Counted from the first letter of the stretch, positions 19,998 to 30,474 are shown. The stretch: DNA of 62,965 nt from an uncultured Thermotogae bacterium (GCA_964649445.1 CAZYPS010000004.1:1-62965); one strand, 5' to 3'. The notes: generated by a model from the sequence alone, not told the origin. Numbers and translations: made by a program.

Positions 19998-20456
19998 TTA
20001 CCAGCGATAATGGGCAAAGGCCTTATTTGCCTCTGCACGTCGGTGGGATTCAAGCTTTCTTTCGTAAGCTTCCCCTTCCTTGCTGCTGGCCAATATGATC
20101 TCATTTGCCAGACGCTCTTCCATCCGGGGTTCGTTCCTCGATGAAGCAACATCAACCAACCAACGGAAGGAAAGCGCAACCTGTCTATCCGATGAAACTT
20201 CGTAGGGAACCTGATAATTCGCCCCTCCAACTCTTCGGCTCCTAGTTTCTAGTTCGGGCGATATATTATCTATCGCTTCCCTGAAAACTTTGACACCAGG
20301 CTCTCCTTCTCTCTCTTCAATTAGAGAAAAAGCCTTATAGATAATTTTATATGCAAGGTTCTTATTCCCGTCTTGCATAATATAGTTCGCGAACTTCCCT
20401 ACCAGCTTGCTACCGTGCTTAATATCTTGTTTTACGTCACGTCCAGGCAATCCCAT
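19998..20456 (-). CDS. rpsG: 30S ribosomal protein S7
   Basis: uS7 sequence (KLVGKFANYIMQDGNKNLAYKI...GGANYQVP) and str operon position. Confidence 0.96.
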   Translation of the reverse strand: MGLPGRDVKQDIKHGSKLVGKFANYIMQDGNKNLAYKIIYKAFSLIEEREGEPGVKVFREAIDNISPELETRSRRVGGANYQVPYEVSSDRQVALSFRWLVDVASSRNEPRMEERLANEIILASSKEGEAYERKLESHRRAEANKAFAHYRW

Positions 20457-20468
20457 TACTCCATCCTC

Positions 20469-20840
20469 CTAACTCGGCTTCTTTGTTCCATATTTAGACC
20501 GACCTTGTTTTCGTCCTTCTACACCTGTTACATCGTAAGCTCCGCGAACAATATGATATCTGACTCCCGGTAAATCCTTAACACGACCTCCCCTGACTAA
20601 TACAACTGCGTGTTCCTGCAACTCGTGTCCTTCACCAGGGATGTATGCAGTAACTTCTTTACCGTTACTCAAACGAACTCGGGCAACTTTTCTCAACGCC
20701 GAGTTCGGCTTTTTCGGGGTTCGTGTGTATACCCTCGTTACTACTCCTCGTTTCTGGGGACAACCATCCAGAGCCCGGGAGCTGGTTTTCTTCTTTTTAC
20801 TAGACCTACCTTTCCTCACTAACTGATTAATCGTCGGCAT
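20469..20840 (-). CDS. rpsL: 30S ribosomal protein S12
   Basis: [12 protein letters not shown]...[16 protein letters not shown] matches uS12. Confidence 0.98.
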   Translation of the reverse strand: MPTINQLVRKGRSSKKKKTSSRALDGCPQKRGVVTRVYTRTPKKPNSALRKVARVRLSNGKEVTAYIPGEGHELQEHAVVLVRGGRVKDLPGVRYHIVRGAYDVTGVEGRKQGRSKYGTKKPS

Positions 20841-20873
20841 ATCGTCTTCTCATCACTCCTATAAGTGCCAGAA

Positions 20874-20902
20874 ATTATAAGCTAGCCCCTTTTTATTGTC
20901 AA
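20874..20902 (-). promoter_or_regulatory. Consensus sigma-70 promoter for rpsL-rpsG-fusA...
   Basis: The minus strand reads TTGACA-17 nt-TATAAT exactly. The -35 hexamer overlaps the rpoC stop codon (GCT-TGA-CAA), 33 nt upstream of the rpsL ATG. Confidence 0.65.
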
Positions 20903-23900
20903 GCTGACTTAGAATCCACGGGACTTAGCTCACCTTCCTCTTCTTCTCTCTCGTCCCGGTCTTCTTCCTCCGGCAATTCCTCTTCTTCAATTACTTCTTC
21001 GTCCTTGAAACCAGTTCCTACCGAAACCTTCTTTCCTACAATTATATTGGGTTTCAGTCCTTTTAATTCATCGGACTGACCGCTTAAAGCAGCATTGGTA
21101 AGTGCTGAAGTAGTTCTTTGGAACGAAGCTGCAGAAAGCCAACCTTTGGTTTTAAGAGCTGACTTGGATATTCTCAGAAGCTGTCGGTCCGCTTCGGGAA
21201 GCTGGAATTCTTTTACCCGTAATTCCCTAATTTCGCCGTCCAATATCACAGGAATGATCTCTACACCCGATTCCGTCGCGTACTGCAGCACGTTATCCGT
21301 AACAGTTTCTCCTTCCTTCGCTATCAGCCGCTTACCCCTCTTTACGTCTTCTGCTATTTCTCTGCCCAGTACTTCCCTTCGATTTTCTCTAACTTTCTCG
21401 TTCTTTACCCGTAACTCTTCTACCACATTTCTAAATTCTTCCAGGGTTATCAATTCGTTTTGAGTCAGGTCAGAATCTCCTCGGTCACTCACAATGACAT
21501 TATTCAACATCTGAGCAATAATTATCTCGACGTGAGTATCGTTGATGTCTACTCCCTGACTCTTGTAGACCTTTTGGATTTCCGTAAGTAAATATTCATA
21601 GGTTCTTTCCACTCCCGCCTTGTCAAGAAGATTGTGAGGCGGAATTACTCCCTTGGAGAGTTGTTCACCGGGTTTGACTTTATCTCCAAGATCCACTACG
21701 GGGGAATGAGTGATATCTACTTCTTCGCGATATCGATAAGTAACACGTGCGAAATCATCACTCACTTCGTCGACTGCATCGATAATCAGCCTCCGATCTG
21801 CCGGCCTATCGAGTGAGAAGAGTGTTTTGCCTTTTTTTACCTCTTCTCCATCCACGACTTCCGGAATCATGGCTTCTGAAAGCGGAATCCTCTTCCGACC
21901 ATCCTCAGGCTGGAATATAATCACAGAATTATCAGCAACTATTAAAACGCCTGACTTATCGGCCGTTAGTTTGTTAGAACTCTTCAGATCAATGAGCTTC
22001 TCGCCCTCTTCAACCCCCTCGCCCTCTTCGACCAGCGGTTTTGCCATTGGAGGTATGAGATGGTCCACGACGTTACCTTCATCATCAGTTAGCGAAATTA
22101 ACCGTTTGGCTCTATCTATTTCCTCAATAGTCCCGCTTTTCTTGGCAAATACCTGATCAAGTTCGACTTGGTCCGAGAGGATATCTCCCTTTTCTACTAC
22201 GTCGCCGGACTCTTTTTCGATCTCCAAACCGTCGGGCAACTCGTAGTAGGCATCCGATCGACTCATCAAAAGATACATAACTATCTGCCCCTCTTCCTCT
22301 ACTATACGAACCGTTCCGGCGTGGGGACTAGTATTATCGACTATATCTGAAAGGTTAGCCTCCTCATCGGGTTCCACCAGACAAAGTGGCGAGGGAACTG
22401 TTAGATCTTGAGGTTCCCCTTCAATTTCTACCCTCTTACCTTCTTCCGTATCGGTCATCTCCATGATATGGCCTTCGATATCCGTGATCGTAGCCTGAGC
22501 ACTCTTGGTCGTCTTTCGAGCTTCAAATAACTCTTCCGCTCGGGGAAGACCCTGGGTAATATCCTCTCCAGCAACACCACCAGAGTGGAAAGTCCTCATG
22601 GTCAACTGAGTTCCAGGCTCACCGATGGACTGAGCTGCAATTATTCCTGCAGCCTCTCCCCTGTCCACCAATTCGTGATTCGACAGGTCCATGCCATAAC
22701 ATTGCTGACATACACCTTTTTCGGTCTCGCAAGTCACTGGCGACCTTACCACAATTCGTGGTCGAACCGTGATCTCTTCTATTTCACTGGCCTCCAGTTT
22801 ATCTCTAACTACCGGACCGATAACCTCGTCCCTCTCTACGATTACTTTGCCGGTTTCCGGCTCACGTACGTCTTCAAGGCTGTTTGTCCCAATTATCTTC
22901 TCAAGTCCGTCACCGGAAAGTTCAACCGTTACTTTTTTGTTTTCCAGGCGGGACGCGAGTTCCTTGTCAATTAACTCTCCTTCTTCTCCCATTATTGCTC
23001 CATCGGCGGGATCAATAACAGGTTCAGCTAGAGTCCGGCCATAGACCCTTTCCTTAATACCTTCCATCAGTTCTCCGCCGTCATACCTCAGTGGATCTAT
23101 TTCGAGCCCCCTATTGGTACCGCAGTCCGATTCACGTACAACGATATTCGAAACGGCTTCAACAAGTCTTCTAGTCAGATAACCAGAGTCAGCCGTCTTC
23201 AGGGCAGTATCAGCAGTACCTTTCCGCCCTCCGTGAGTCGAGATAAAGTATTCCATCATGTCCAACCCTTCCCGGAAGTTCGACTTTACAGGCATCTCGA
23301 TGACATCGCCTGAAGGATCAGCCATTAGACCACGCATACCCGCCAACTGCTTAACCTGATCGGCACTACCTCGAGCCCCGGACCCGACCATCATCTGGAG
23401 AGAGTTGAATTTGTTCTCCTCGAAGTTATCCATCGTGACTTCCTCGACCTCGTCCACGGTCTCGTGCCAGATATCCTCTATCGAGGAGGATCTTTCGTCT
23501 TCAGAAGCCAATCCTCGTTCAAACATCTCGTTTACCTCTCTAACCCTATCCATAGCCCGTTCGAGGATAGCATCTTTTTCTTCCGGCTCGAGACAATCGG
23601 TCGTGGAAATGGTTAAGGCCGACTGAGTTGCTTCCGAGAAGCCGAGTTCCTTCAAGTCATCCAGCAAACTAACAACCCGGTCATTACCATAGTTTTCGTA
23701 AACTTTCATCAAAAGATCCGAAATATCGGAAGATTCGAACCTTTTATCGTAATTCCTGAGATCCGGCGGGAATAACTCGTTCAACTTTGCTCTACCGAGG
23801 GTAGTATCGACTATCTCTCCGTCGATCCTTATCTTTATGGGAGCGTGTAAGCTAATAATATCATTTTCGTGAGCCCTTTTCGCTTCCTGGAGACTGGCAA

Positions 23901-25887
23901 AGAACTTGTCTTTGCCCTTCCCTTCTTCGTCTATCTCAGTGAGATAATAGTAGGCATAAATCTGGTCCTGAGTCGGCTTGGTAAGTGGCCCTCCATAAGC
24001 AGGTGAAAGCAGGTTTTTCGACGAGAGCATAATGTCTCGCGATTCGCTCATCGCTTCCCTCGTCAGCGGAATATGAATGGCCATCTGATCGCCATCAAAG
24101 TCTGCGTTATAAGGTGGACAGACGTGAGGGTGAATATGTATCGCGTCCCCGTCAACCAGTTTTGGTTCAAAAGCCTCAATGCCCAGCCTGTGAAGCGTCG
24201 GAGCCCGGTTGAGCAGGACCGGTCTCTCTTTCAGCAATTCTTCCAGGTAATTCCAAACGTCGGGCATTTTACCCGCGAGGGCCTTGTTCTTTACTTCGTT
24301 GTAATCCGAATAAGTGGTATCATCAAGATACCTGGTAACAAACGGCTTGAAAAGTTCCAAGGCCATCTTCTTCGGTACACCACATTCCCAGAGCTTCAAC
24401 TCGGGGTCAACCACGATAACCGCCCGGCCTGAATAGTCAACTCGCCTGCCAAGCAGGTTCCGCCTTAATCTTCCGTGCTTGCCCGATATTCTGTCGGAAA
24501 GAGATTTAAGTGGACGATCGTCCTTTCCTCTGATGGGGGTATTCTTCTTTTCATTATGTATTATCGCGTCTACTGACTCCTGGAGCATCCGGCGTTCATT
24601 CCTGAGAATGACCTCGGGAGCACCCATATCTTCCAGCCGCTTAAGTCTGTTGTTTCTGTTGATAATCCTGCGATAAAGGTCATTTAGATCGGTGGTGGCA
24701 AATTTCCCACCCTCCAGGTGGACTATCGGCCTGAGGTCAGGAGGAAGTACTGGTATCGCATTCAGAGCAATGTAACTTGCCTTATTCCCAGAATCCCGGA
24801 GCTTCTCGACTACACTAAGCCTTTTGGATAACTTGTTTTTTGCGGTTTTCGAAGTTTCTTTCTTTAATCTGTTGCTGAGCGATTGGCTTAGTTCTTCCAG
24901 GTCGATGTTCTCTAGCAAACCTTTTATCCCTTTTGCTCCAGTATAAGCTGAAAAGCCGGCAGGATAGACTCTCTCGTAAGCTTCCTTCTCGAGTTGAGCG
25001 ATCTTTTGCCCAACTTCCAGCGGCACTTCTTCCTCGTTTTCCACGGAGGTAACTAAAAAAGCGAGGTTGTCGACTTCTTCCTGGGCGGGTTCCGACTCTA
25101 TTTCGTCCCCATAACGAGATTTCGCCATCTCGTGGAAGGTTTCCGAGCAAACTTCTCCTACCGGAGTTTCTGCTATAAGATCACCTTCTTCGACTTCATC
25201 CCCGTCACTAACCTCGAGAATCACATCTTCCGCTACGGGAAATTCTTCTTCCCCTACCGAAATCACGGCAATTCCTTCTCCGTTCTGTAACTTCTTGTGA
25301 TCTATAGATACTTCTCCATCTTCGCTTGCGGTGATCTTCGGGGCGTCATTTATTACCATCCCGTTTTCCGTTTCGAAATCAAGATGCCTGGAGAGTATTT
25401 CTAATTGAGAACTATAAAGACGCTCGCCTTCCCTTACCTTGTCGTCTTCGGAAGACGTAACAATAGAAATATCCTCAAGCGTCGTCTCCGCTTCGTAGTA
25501 AGCTATTTTCCTCAGAGTCTTCTTCTTTATGTCTAAAAGCTTGCTCAGCGGACTGGATATTCCCTTGAGAAACCAAAAATGAATAACGGGACTTGCAAGT
25601 TCGATGTGGCCCATGTTTTTTCGCCTGACCGAAGAATCAGTAACCAGGACACCACATTTCTCGCAAGTTATACCTTCGTATTTCTTTCCTTCGTATTTAC
25701 CGCAGGCACACTTATAATCCTCTTCTGGGCCGAAAATCTCCTCTGCGTATAAACCACCCTTTTCGGGTTTATGAGTTCTATAATTTATCGTCTCGGATTC
25801 AGTAACTTCACCGTGAGACCACCTTCTGATCTCTTCCGGCGAAGCAAACATCAACTTTACTTCCTCGATATCGTCACCCGACAACAT
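20899..25887 (-). CDS. rpoC: DNA-directed RNA polymerase subunit beta-prime (unusually long, 1662 aa)
   Basis: Zn-finger CACGK...CEKCGV, catalytic NADFDGDQM, bridge helix and trigger loop ([28 protein letters not shown]), and a C-terminal [11 protein letters not shown]. It also has several large lineage-specific insertions. Confidence 0.97.
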   Translation of the reverse strand: MLSGDDIEEVKLMFASPEEIRRWSHGEVTESETINYRTHKPEKGGLYAEEIFGPEEDYKCACGKYEGKKYEGITCEKCGVLVTDSSVRRKNMGHIELASPVIHFWFLKGISSPLSKLLDIKKKTLRKIAYYEAETTLEDISIVTSSEDDKVREGERLYSSQLEILSRHLDFETENGMVINDAPKITASEDGEVSIDHKKLQNGEGIAVISVGEEEFPVAEDVILEVSDGDEVEEGDLIAETPVGEVCSETFHEMAKSRYGDEIESEPAQEEVDNLAFLVTSVENEEEVPLEVGQKIAQLEKEAYERVYPAGFSAYTGAKGIKGLLENIDLEELSQSLSNRLKKETSKTAKNKLSKRLSVVEKLRDSGNKASYIALNAIPVLPPDLRPIVHLEGGKFATTDLNDLYRRIINRNNRLKRLEDMGAPEVILRNERRMLQESVDAIIHNEKKNTPIRGKDDRPLKSLSDRISGKHGRLRRNLLGRRVDYSGRAVIVVDPELKLWECGVPKKMALELFKPFVTRYLDDTTYSDYNEVKNKALAGKMPDVWNYLEELLKERPVLLNRAPTLHRLGIEAFEPKLVDGDAIHIHPHVCPPYNADFDGDQMAIHIPLTREAMSESRDIMLSSKNLLSPAYGGPLTKPTQDQIYAYYYLTEIDEEGKGKDKFFASLQEAKRAHENDIISLHAPIKIRIDGEIVDTTLGRAKLNELFPPDLRNYDKRFESSDISDLLMKVYENYGNDRVVSLLDDLKELGFSEATQSALTISTTDCLEPEEKDAILERAMDRVREVNEMFERGLASEDERSSSIEDIWHETVDEVEEVTMDNFEENKFNSLQMMVGSGARGSADQVKQLAGMRGLMADPSGDVIEMPVKSNFREGLDMMEYFISTHGGRKGTADTALKTADSGYLTRRLVEAVSNIVVRESDCGTNRGLEIDPLRYDGGELMEGIKERVYGRTLAEPVIDPADGAIMGEEGELIDKELASRLENKKVTVELSGDGLEKIIGTNSLEDVREPETGKVIVERDEVIGPVVRDKLEASEIEEITVRPRIVVRSPVTCETEKGVCQQCYGMDLSNHELVDRGEAAGIIAAQSIGEPGTQLTMRTFHSGGVAGEDITQGLPRAEELFEARKTTKSAQATITDIEGHIMEMTDTEEGKRVEIEGEPQDLTVPSPLCLVEPDEEANLSDIVDNTSPHAGTVRIVEEEGQIVMYLLMSRSDAYYELPDGLEIEKESGDVVEKGDILSDQVELDQVFAKKSGTIEEIDRAKRLISLTDDEGNVVDHLIPPMAKPLVEEGEGVEEGEKLIDLKSSNKLTADKSGVLIVADNSVIIFQPEDGRKRIPLSEAMIPEVVDGEEVKKGKTLFSLDRPADRRLIIDAVDEVSDDFARVTYRYREEVDITHSPVVDLGDKVKPGEQLSKGVIPPHNLLDKAGVERTYEYLLTEIQKVYKSQGVDINDTHVEIIIAQMLNNVIVSDRGDSDLTQNELITLEEFRNVVEELRVKNEKVRENRREVLGREIAEDVKRGKRLIAKEGETVTDNVLQYATESGVEIIPVILDGEIRELRVKEFQLPEADRQLLRISKSALKTKGWLSAASFQRTTSALTNAALSGQSDELKGLKPNIIVGKKVSVGTGFKDEEVIEEEELPEEEDRDEREEEEGELSPVDSKSA

Positions 25888-26298
25888 CCGTAATCACCTC
25901 GCTACTAATGATAGAACCAACCAGTCGACAGGAATCTTTACATGACAATATAGCCATAAAGTAAGGCACCTTAAGAGTTATGAATTTGCTTATCAGGTCA
26001 GACTGAAGAATACAGCGTTAAATTCAGAGCCCCACTAAGATAATTTTCATCCAGGATATATCAAAAATTTGTTTAACCCCGATCAATAATTCGGTTTTGA
26101 TGAATGTAGGAAAGCCTTACAGTCTATTAAGTGATACGGTTCTCCTATTCGTGATGTTGCGAGGAAAACGTGAAAAGAACCCAAAAAATACCCCTAGTTA
26201 AACTTAATTTTAATTAAGGCTTAGTGGAGTTCCTTTAAACCCCTCCACCCCTGACCGGGAAACCGAAAAATCTATTACTCAAAGTCAGCAATTTCCAG

Positions 26299-26577
26299 TT
26301 AATCTTTTTTCTGATTATCTCCCTTCTGACCACTCTTTCCCGCCTCACTATTCCCTTCTTTTATATCGTTACTGCCATTCCCTTTATAACTATTATCTCC
26401 GTAATCGGTTCTGTAAAAACCACTACCTTTAAACCGAATTCCAACACTTGAAATAACCCTTTCCGTTTCCCCGGATCCACAAACCTTACACTCAGGTGCT
26501 TCGTCCTTCTCACCATTTCTTTGCAGGACCTTGAAGGTATTTTCACATTCCGTACAACGATACTTATATAAGGGCAT
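26299..26577 (-). CDS. FmdB-family (CxxC_CxxC_SSSS) zinc-ribbon protein
   Basis: MPLYKYRCTECENTFKVLQ...CKVCGSGETERVISS is the diagnostic N-terminal zinc ribbon. It is followed by a low-complexity G/N/K tail. Confidence 0.8.
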   Translation of the reverse strand: MPLYKYRCTECENTFKVLQRNGEKDEAPECKVCGSGETERVISSVGIRFKGSGFYRTDYGDNSYKGNGSNDIKEGNSEAGKSGQKGDNQKKD

Positions 26578-26782
26578 AAATTTTGCTCCACCTCTCCATA
26601 AAATCTAGATTACCCGATTCAGAAACAGTTACCTTATCTTACCGTAAAATTTTTAAATCTGATTACATTTTTCTTTTGGTACCAAATCTAGGTTGGTGCA
26701 CAAATATAGATAAGAATAAAAGCATTAAGTTAACTTCACAAAACTGCTCACAAATTATAAGGCAGGTGGGGACGATTTCAAC

Positions 26783-28813
26783 TCATTCTATAAAATCCTT
26801 CCAACCGTCTCCGCCAGCGCTGCTCGATCTCGATCCGCCCCTCTCTGATGACAATACACTGGATTTTTCTTCTACGTACTTCTTCTCCTCATCAGGAATC
26901 TCCTCAAGAAACCTCGAAGGTAAATGACTGAACTTTTGTCCATAGAGGAACCTGCTGTCCGTATAACTAAGAAAAACCCTGTTCTTTGCCCTCGTAAGCC
27001 CAACATAACAAAGTCGCCTTTCTTCTTCCATTCTTTGCTCTTCGAGCGACCTTTTGTGAGGCAGTAATCCGTCTTCCATAGCAATCAAAAATACATAACC
27101 GAACTCAAGCCCTTTGGCAGAGTGAAGTGTCAATAAAGATACTTTATTCCGTTGATCCTCGTAACTATCCACGTCTGATTCAAGAGCCACGTTTTCCAGA
27201 AACCCTTCGAGGCGATCATTCTCCGATTCTTTTATCTGTCCAATCAACTCACGGACGTTGTTCCTCCTGTCTTCAGATGATTCAGGATCGTATTCCTTTT
27301 CCAGAAAAGAGAAATAACCTATCTCCGAAACCACTTGCTTGACGTAGTCAACCAGATCTTGCTCTCCTCTTCGGTTTCTTAACCCTTCAACCGTTTCCAA
27401 AAAAGCTTCCAAGCTGGATTCCTGTCTACTCGAAAGCTCCGTAGATTTCTCCTCCTCAGTCAATACATCCCAGACAGATATACCCTGTCTTCTAGCCGAC
27501 CGCTTAATTGTCTCCTGAGTTTTTGAACCTATCCCTCTGCGGGGCGTATTGATAATCCTCAGAAGGTGAAGATCGTCGTGAGGGTTACAAACCACCCTTA
27601 AATATGCCAGCACGTCCTTTACTTCTCTCCTCTCGTAGAACCTGGTCCCCCGAACGATCTCGTAGGGCACATTATTCTTTACCAGTTTCTTCTCAATACC
27701 CCGTGATAGCGGGTTTACCCTGTACAGAACGGCAATTTCCCCAAGTTTTACCCCATTTTTTCTTAGTTTGTTTATCTGACTGACCAGGAATTCCGCTTCG
27801 TCCTCTTCGTCTGATGCGTTGTAGACAGTTATCGATTCCCCTTCACCCCGTTCGGGCTCCATCTTTTTTTGTTTCCGCAACTTGTTATTTTTTATTATCG
27901 CATTAGCCGCTCTTAATATAGGTTTCTTGGACCGGTAATTTTTCGAGAGGTGAACTACTTTAGCATCAGGGTAGTCTTCTTCGAACTCCAAGAGATTACT
28001 CACGTCCGCCCCTCTCCAGCCAAAGATGGCCTGATCATCGTCCCCCACCACACAAATATTGTTTTCCGGGGCTGCCAGCTGACTGGCCAGAACGTACTGA
28101 GCGTGATTGGTATCCTGGTACTCGTCGACGAGGAGGAACTTAAACCTATCCTTCCAAGCCTGGACGGATTCAAGACCTTTATCGAGCAATACCGTGGGGA
28201 GCCTTATTAAATCACCAAAATCAAGACCGTTCCACTCCTCCAGTTTTTCCTGATAGCTATTATATACCCTGCTAACCACCCTCAAAGTGTAATCATCAAT
28301 CTCTCCGGCTTTTTTCGATCTAAATTGATTCGGGGCAATTAAAACGTTTTTTGCGTCGTTGATTAACGACGCTATCACGCCGGGCTGGAACTCTTCAGTA
28401 GATATATCCAGCTCCACCATAGTTTCTTTTATAGCCTCTTTTTGGTCAGACTGATCGAAGATAGTGAAGTAACGATCGTAACCTTTGTCAAGCTCTTCCA
28501 CGAGATCCCTGAGTAGCTGAGCCCCAAGAGCGTGAAAAGTCCCGAGCCAGGGAGAATTACCGGACAATTGTCGGGGTAACAAATTTTCCAGTCTCTCGTT
28601 CATTTCCTCAGCCGCTTTGTTGGTAAAAGTCAGACCAAGAATATTAGAGGGTTGAACTCCATAATGATCTATCAAATAAGCCGCTCGATGAGTAATTACT
28701 CTGGTCTTTCCGCTACCGGCTCCCGATAGAACCAACATGGGTCCCTCATAATGAGTAACCGCGTTAATCTGTTCAGGATTTAGTTCTTTCAGTAATTCGT
28801 TAGATTTATTCAT
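26783..28813 (-). CDS. pcrA: ATP-dependent DNA helicase PcrA/UvrD family
   Basis: SF1 motifs: AGSGKTRV, TFTNKAA, VDEYQDTN, YRS, LLTLHSAKGLEF, CYVGLTRAK. Confidence 0.93.
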   Translation of the reverse strand: MNKSNELLKELNPEQINAVTHYEGPMLVLSGAGSGKTRVITHRAAYLIDHYGVQPSNILGLTFTNKAAEEMNERLENLLPRQLSGNSPWLGTFHALGAQLLRDLVEELDKGYDRYFTIFDQSDQKEAIKETMVELDISTEEFQPGVIASLINDAKNVLIAPNQFRSKKAGEIDDYTLRVVSRVYNSYQEKLEEWNGLDFGDLIRLPTVLLDKGLESVQAWKDRFKFLLVDEYQDTNHAQYVLASQLAAPENNICVVGDDDQAIFGWRGADVSNLLEFEEDYPDAKVVHLSKNYRSKKPILRAANAIIKNNKLRKQKKMEPERGEGESITVYNASDEEDEAEFLVSQINKLRKNGVKLGEIAVLYRVNPLSRGIEKKLVKNNVPYEIVRGTRFYERREVKDVLAYLRVVCNPHDDLHLLRIINTPRRGIGSKTQETIKRSARRQGISVWDVLTEEEKSTELSSRQESSLEAFLETVEGLRNRRGEQDLVDYVKQVVSEIGYFSFLEKEYDPESSEDRRNNVRELIGQIKESENDRLEGFLENVALESDVDSYEDQRNKVSLLTLHSAKGLEFGYVFLIAMEDGLLPHKRSLEEQRMEEERRLCYVGLTRAKNRVFLSYTDSRFLYGQKFSHLPSRFLEEIPDEEKKYVEEKSSVLSSERGGSRSSSAGGDGWKDFIE

Positions 28814-28877
28814 TGTTGTATATTTTGTCCCGTTTGTCTCAGTTTAAATTTCGAAATTTAGGGCTTCACAGGAGAAG

Positions 28878-29906
28878 TTATAAAGAGAGTTCGGCTAATT
28901 TCCGACTCTCCAGTGGAGGCGCGTCCAGGTTATAAGTCTCGTTATCGTGTTCAAACCTGTAATTAACGGGAATCCTTACCTGATCTTCTACTTCACTCTT
29001 CGCAACTGTAATTCTGGCTGCCAAATCCACTATCTCATCTAGTGCTTTGTCCGATTTTTCGTCCCAGTTGGACCGAACTAGCCCCATCGGACCCTCATGG
29101 GAAGGGAGGTAAAAACGTAAGTCACGGGGAAGGAAGTAATTGTGCAATTCCCTCTTTTTTTTCGGATTTTTTGCTAAAACCATTTTAGTATTTGGAGGAA
29201 TTTTGTAATAATCTTCGAAGTCCAGCAATCTAAGATCGTTTACGTTAAAACCCTCTCCCCCTACAAGATCATCCAACCTCTTTCGGTAATTCGAACTGGT
29301 TAATTTGCACCTTTTTCCAGCTCCATAAAATCCGGTCTCCAATTTCAGATCAAGTTTTTTCGCGAAAGCCTCTAACGAGTTCTCATTGCTGATTTCTAGT
29401 TCTTCTACGGAAGAGGGTACCCAGTCCTTTTTTTCCGGAAGGGAATTGTTCATATTGGGGGAAAGGGGGCGAAAAACCAGTCCCTCGACTCCAGCCTGCC
29501 TTTCTATTTTCACAAGTTTCTCAACCCAGCCTTCATCCCTTTCATTAGCCATTTCTCCGGAAACCAAGAAATCCCCCCCAACCCGGTCAAGGAACTCCCC
29601 TGCTGTTTTCAACAGGGAAAACCTACACCTCATACAGAAAGAATGGTCTCCCGACAAACCGACCCCGTCTGACGAAGCTAAACTTTCAGTCCTGCGCTTT
29701 ATCGACTTACTTCTGAATTGGCAATCAGGCCATAGTCCATCTGCGATGTCTTTTATTTCTTCGTAGTAGTCAAAAAAAGGTGACCGAAATGTCAGCAGAA
29801 CCACTCGATCAATTCCACAATGGTTTACCGCAATCTCCGTCGAAAGAGAACTCGAAAGGCTACCTGAGAATAGAGAAACAGCCTCCGGCATTAAACGGCT
29901 CCCCAC
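28878..29906 (-). CDS. PP-loop ATP-pyrophosphatase-like protein (ThiI/MnmA-related family) with a degenerate PP-loop
   Basis: It appears co-linear with a roughly 330-aa PP-loop family as I recall it (LFSGGLDS...CxxC...FLxTGEVxGQRPMSQ...LRPLS). Here these positions read LFSGSLSS, CMRC, FLVSGEMANERDEGW and FRPLS. The family assignment is from memory only. Confidence 0.45.
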   Translation of the reverse strand: MGSRLMPEAVSLFSGSLSSSLSTEIAVNHCGIDRVVLLTFRSPFFDYYEEIKDIADGLWPDCQFRSKSIKRRTESLASSDGVGLSGDHSFCMRCRFSLLKTAGEFLDRVGGDFLVSGEMANERDEGWVEKLVKIERQAGVEGLVFRPLSPNMNNSLPEKKDWVPSSVEELEISNENSLEAFAKKLDLKLETGFYGAGKRCKLTSSNYRKRLDDLVGGEGFNVNDLRLLDFEDYYKIPPNTKMVLAKNPKKKRELHNYFLPRDLRFYLPSHEGPMGLVRSNWDEKSDKALDEIVDLAARITVAKSEVEDQVRIPVNYRFEHDNETYNLDAPPLESRKLAELSL

Positions 29907-29940
29907 ATAAATCTAAACTTAATCCAGAGCCCGAATGTAG

Positions 29941-30474
29941 TTAAATCTGAGGGTCGATCAACCCATATTTGCCGTCGTCCCGCTCGTAGATAATATTAAC
30001 GCGGTCGTTATTCGAATTAACAAAAACCAGAAAATCCTGCTGGTAAGAATCCAGCTGCATCGACGCCTCATCAGGCGTCATAGGTTTTTTAAAATAGATA
30101 TCGGTCTTTCTTATTTCCCGTTGATCTTCATCGGAAGAAAAGTAGTCAGAAGTAATAGTTCCATCTTCCGCTATTTCCCCTTTATGTTTATCCTTTAATT
30201 TCTCCTTAATTTTCTTGAGCTGCCGTTCCAGTTTATCCATTGCACTATCAATCGATACGTACATATCATCCGACTCAGCAGAAGCTTTCGCTACTTTTTT
30301 ATTTATCAAATGAGCCAGTACCGTGACCATTCTTCTTTCTTTTTCTACGTCCATCGTCACTTCGACGCTTATTATTCCGTCGAAGAACTTTTGCAGGCTC
30401 TCGGCTTTGGATACGGCGTACTCCCTTAACGGATCGCTCTGCTCCATATGTCTTTCTTCTATTTTTACTTTCAT
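29941..30474 (-). CDS. hpf: Ribosome hibernation-promoting factor (long HPF)
   Basis: N-terminal S30AE/RaiA domain (MKVKIEERHMEQSDPLREYAVSKAESLQKFF), a linker and a C-terminal dimerisation domain (FLVFVNSNNDRVNIIYERDDGKYGLI). The ATG at 30474 follows AGGTGG. Confidence 0.9.
   Translation of the reverse strand: MKVKIEERHMEQSDPLREYAVSKAESLQKFFDGIISVEVTMDVEKERRMVTVLAHLINKKVAKASAESDDMYVSIDSAMDKLERQLKKIKEKLKDKHKGEIAEDGTITSDYFSSDEDQREIRKTDIYFKKPMTPDEASMQLDSYQQDFLVFVNSNNDRVNIIYERDDGKYGLIDPQI

Noticed and set aside
21688-22500. E. coli-type SI3 trigger-loop insertion, or an intein, as the explanation for the large rpoC size.
   Set aside because: The two trigger-loop halves are contiguous ([17 protein letters not shown]), so the insert lies after ELFEAR and not within the loop. 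No intein splice-junction motifs are present (Cys/Ser/Thr +1 residues with a terminal HN, or a homing-endonuclease LAGLIDADG block).
24815-25150. 111-aa minus-strand ORF in an alternative frame inside rpoC, and 26361-26591 in an alternative frame of the zinc-ribbon gene.
   Set aside because: These are same-strand out-of-frame overlaps within well-supported genes. The products are Arg/Ser-rich with no family match. I see no slippery sequence or other frameshift signal.
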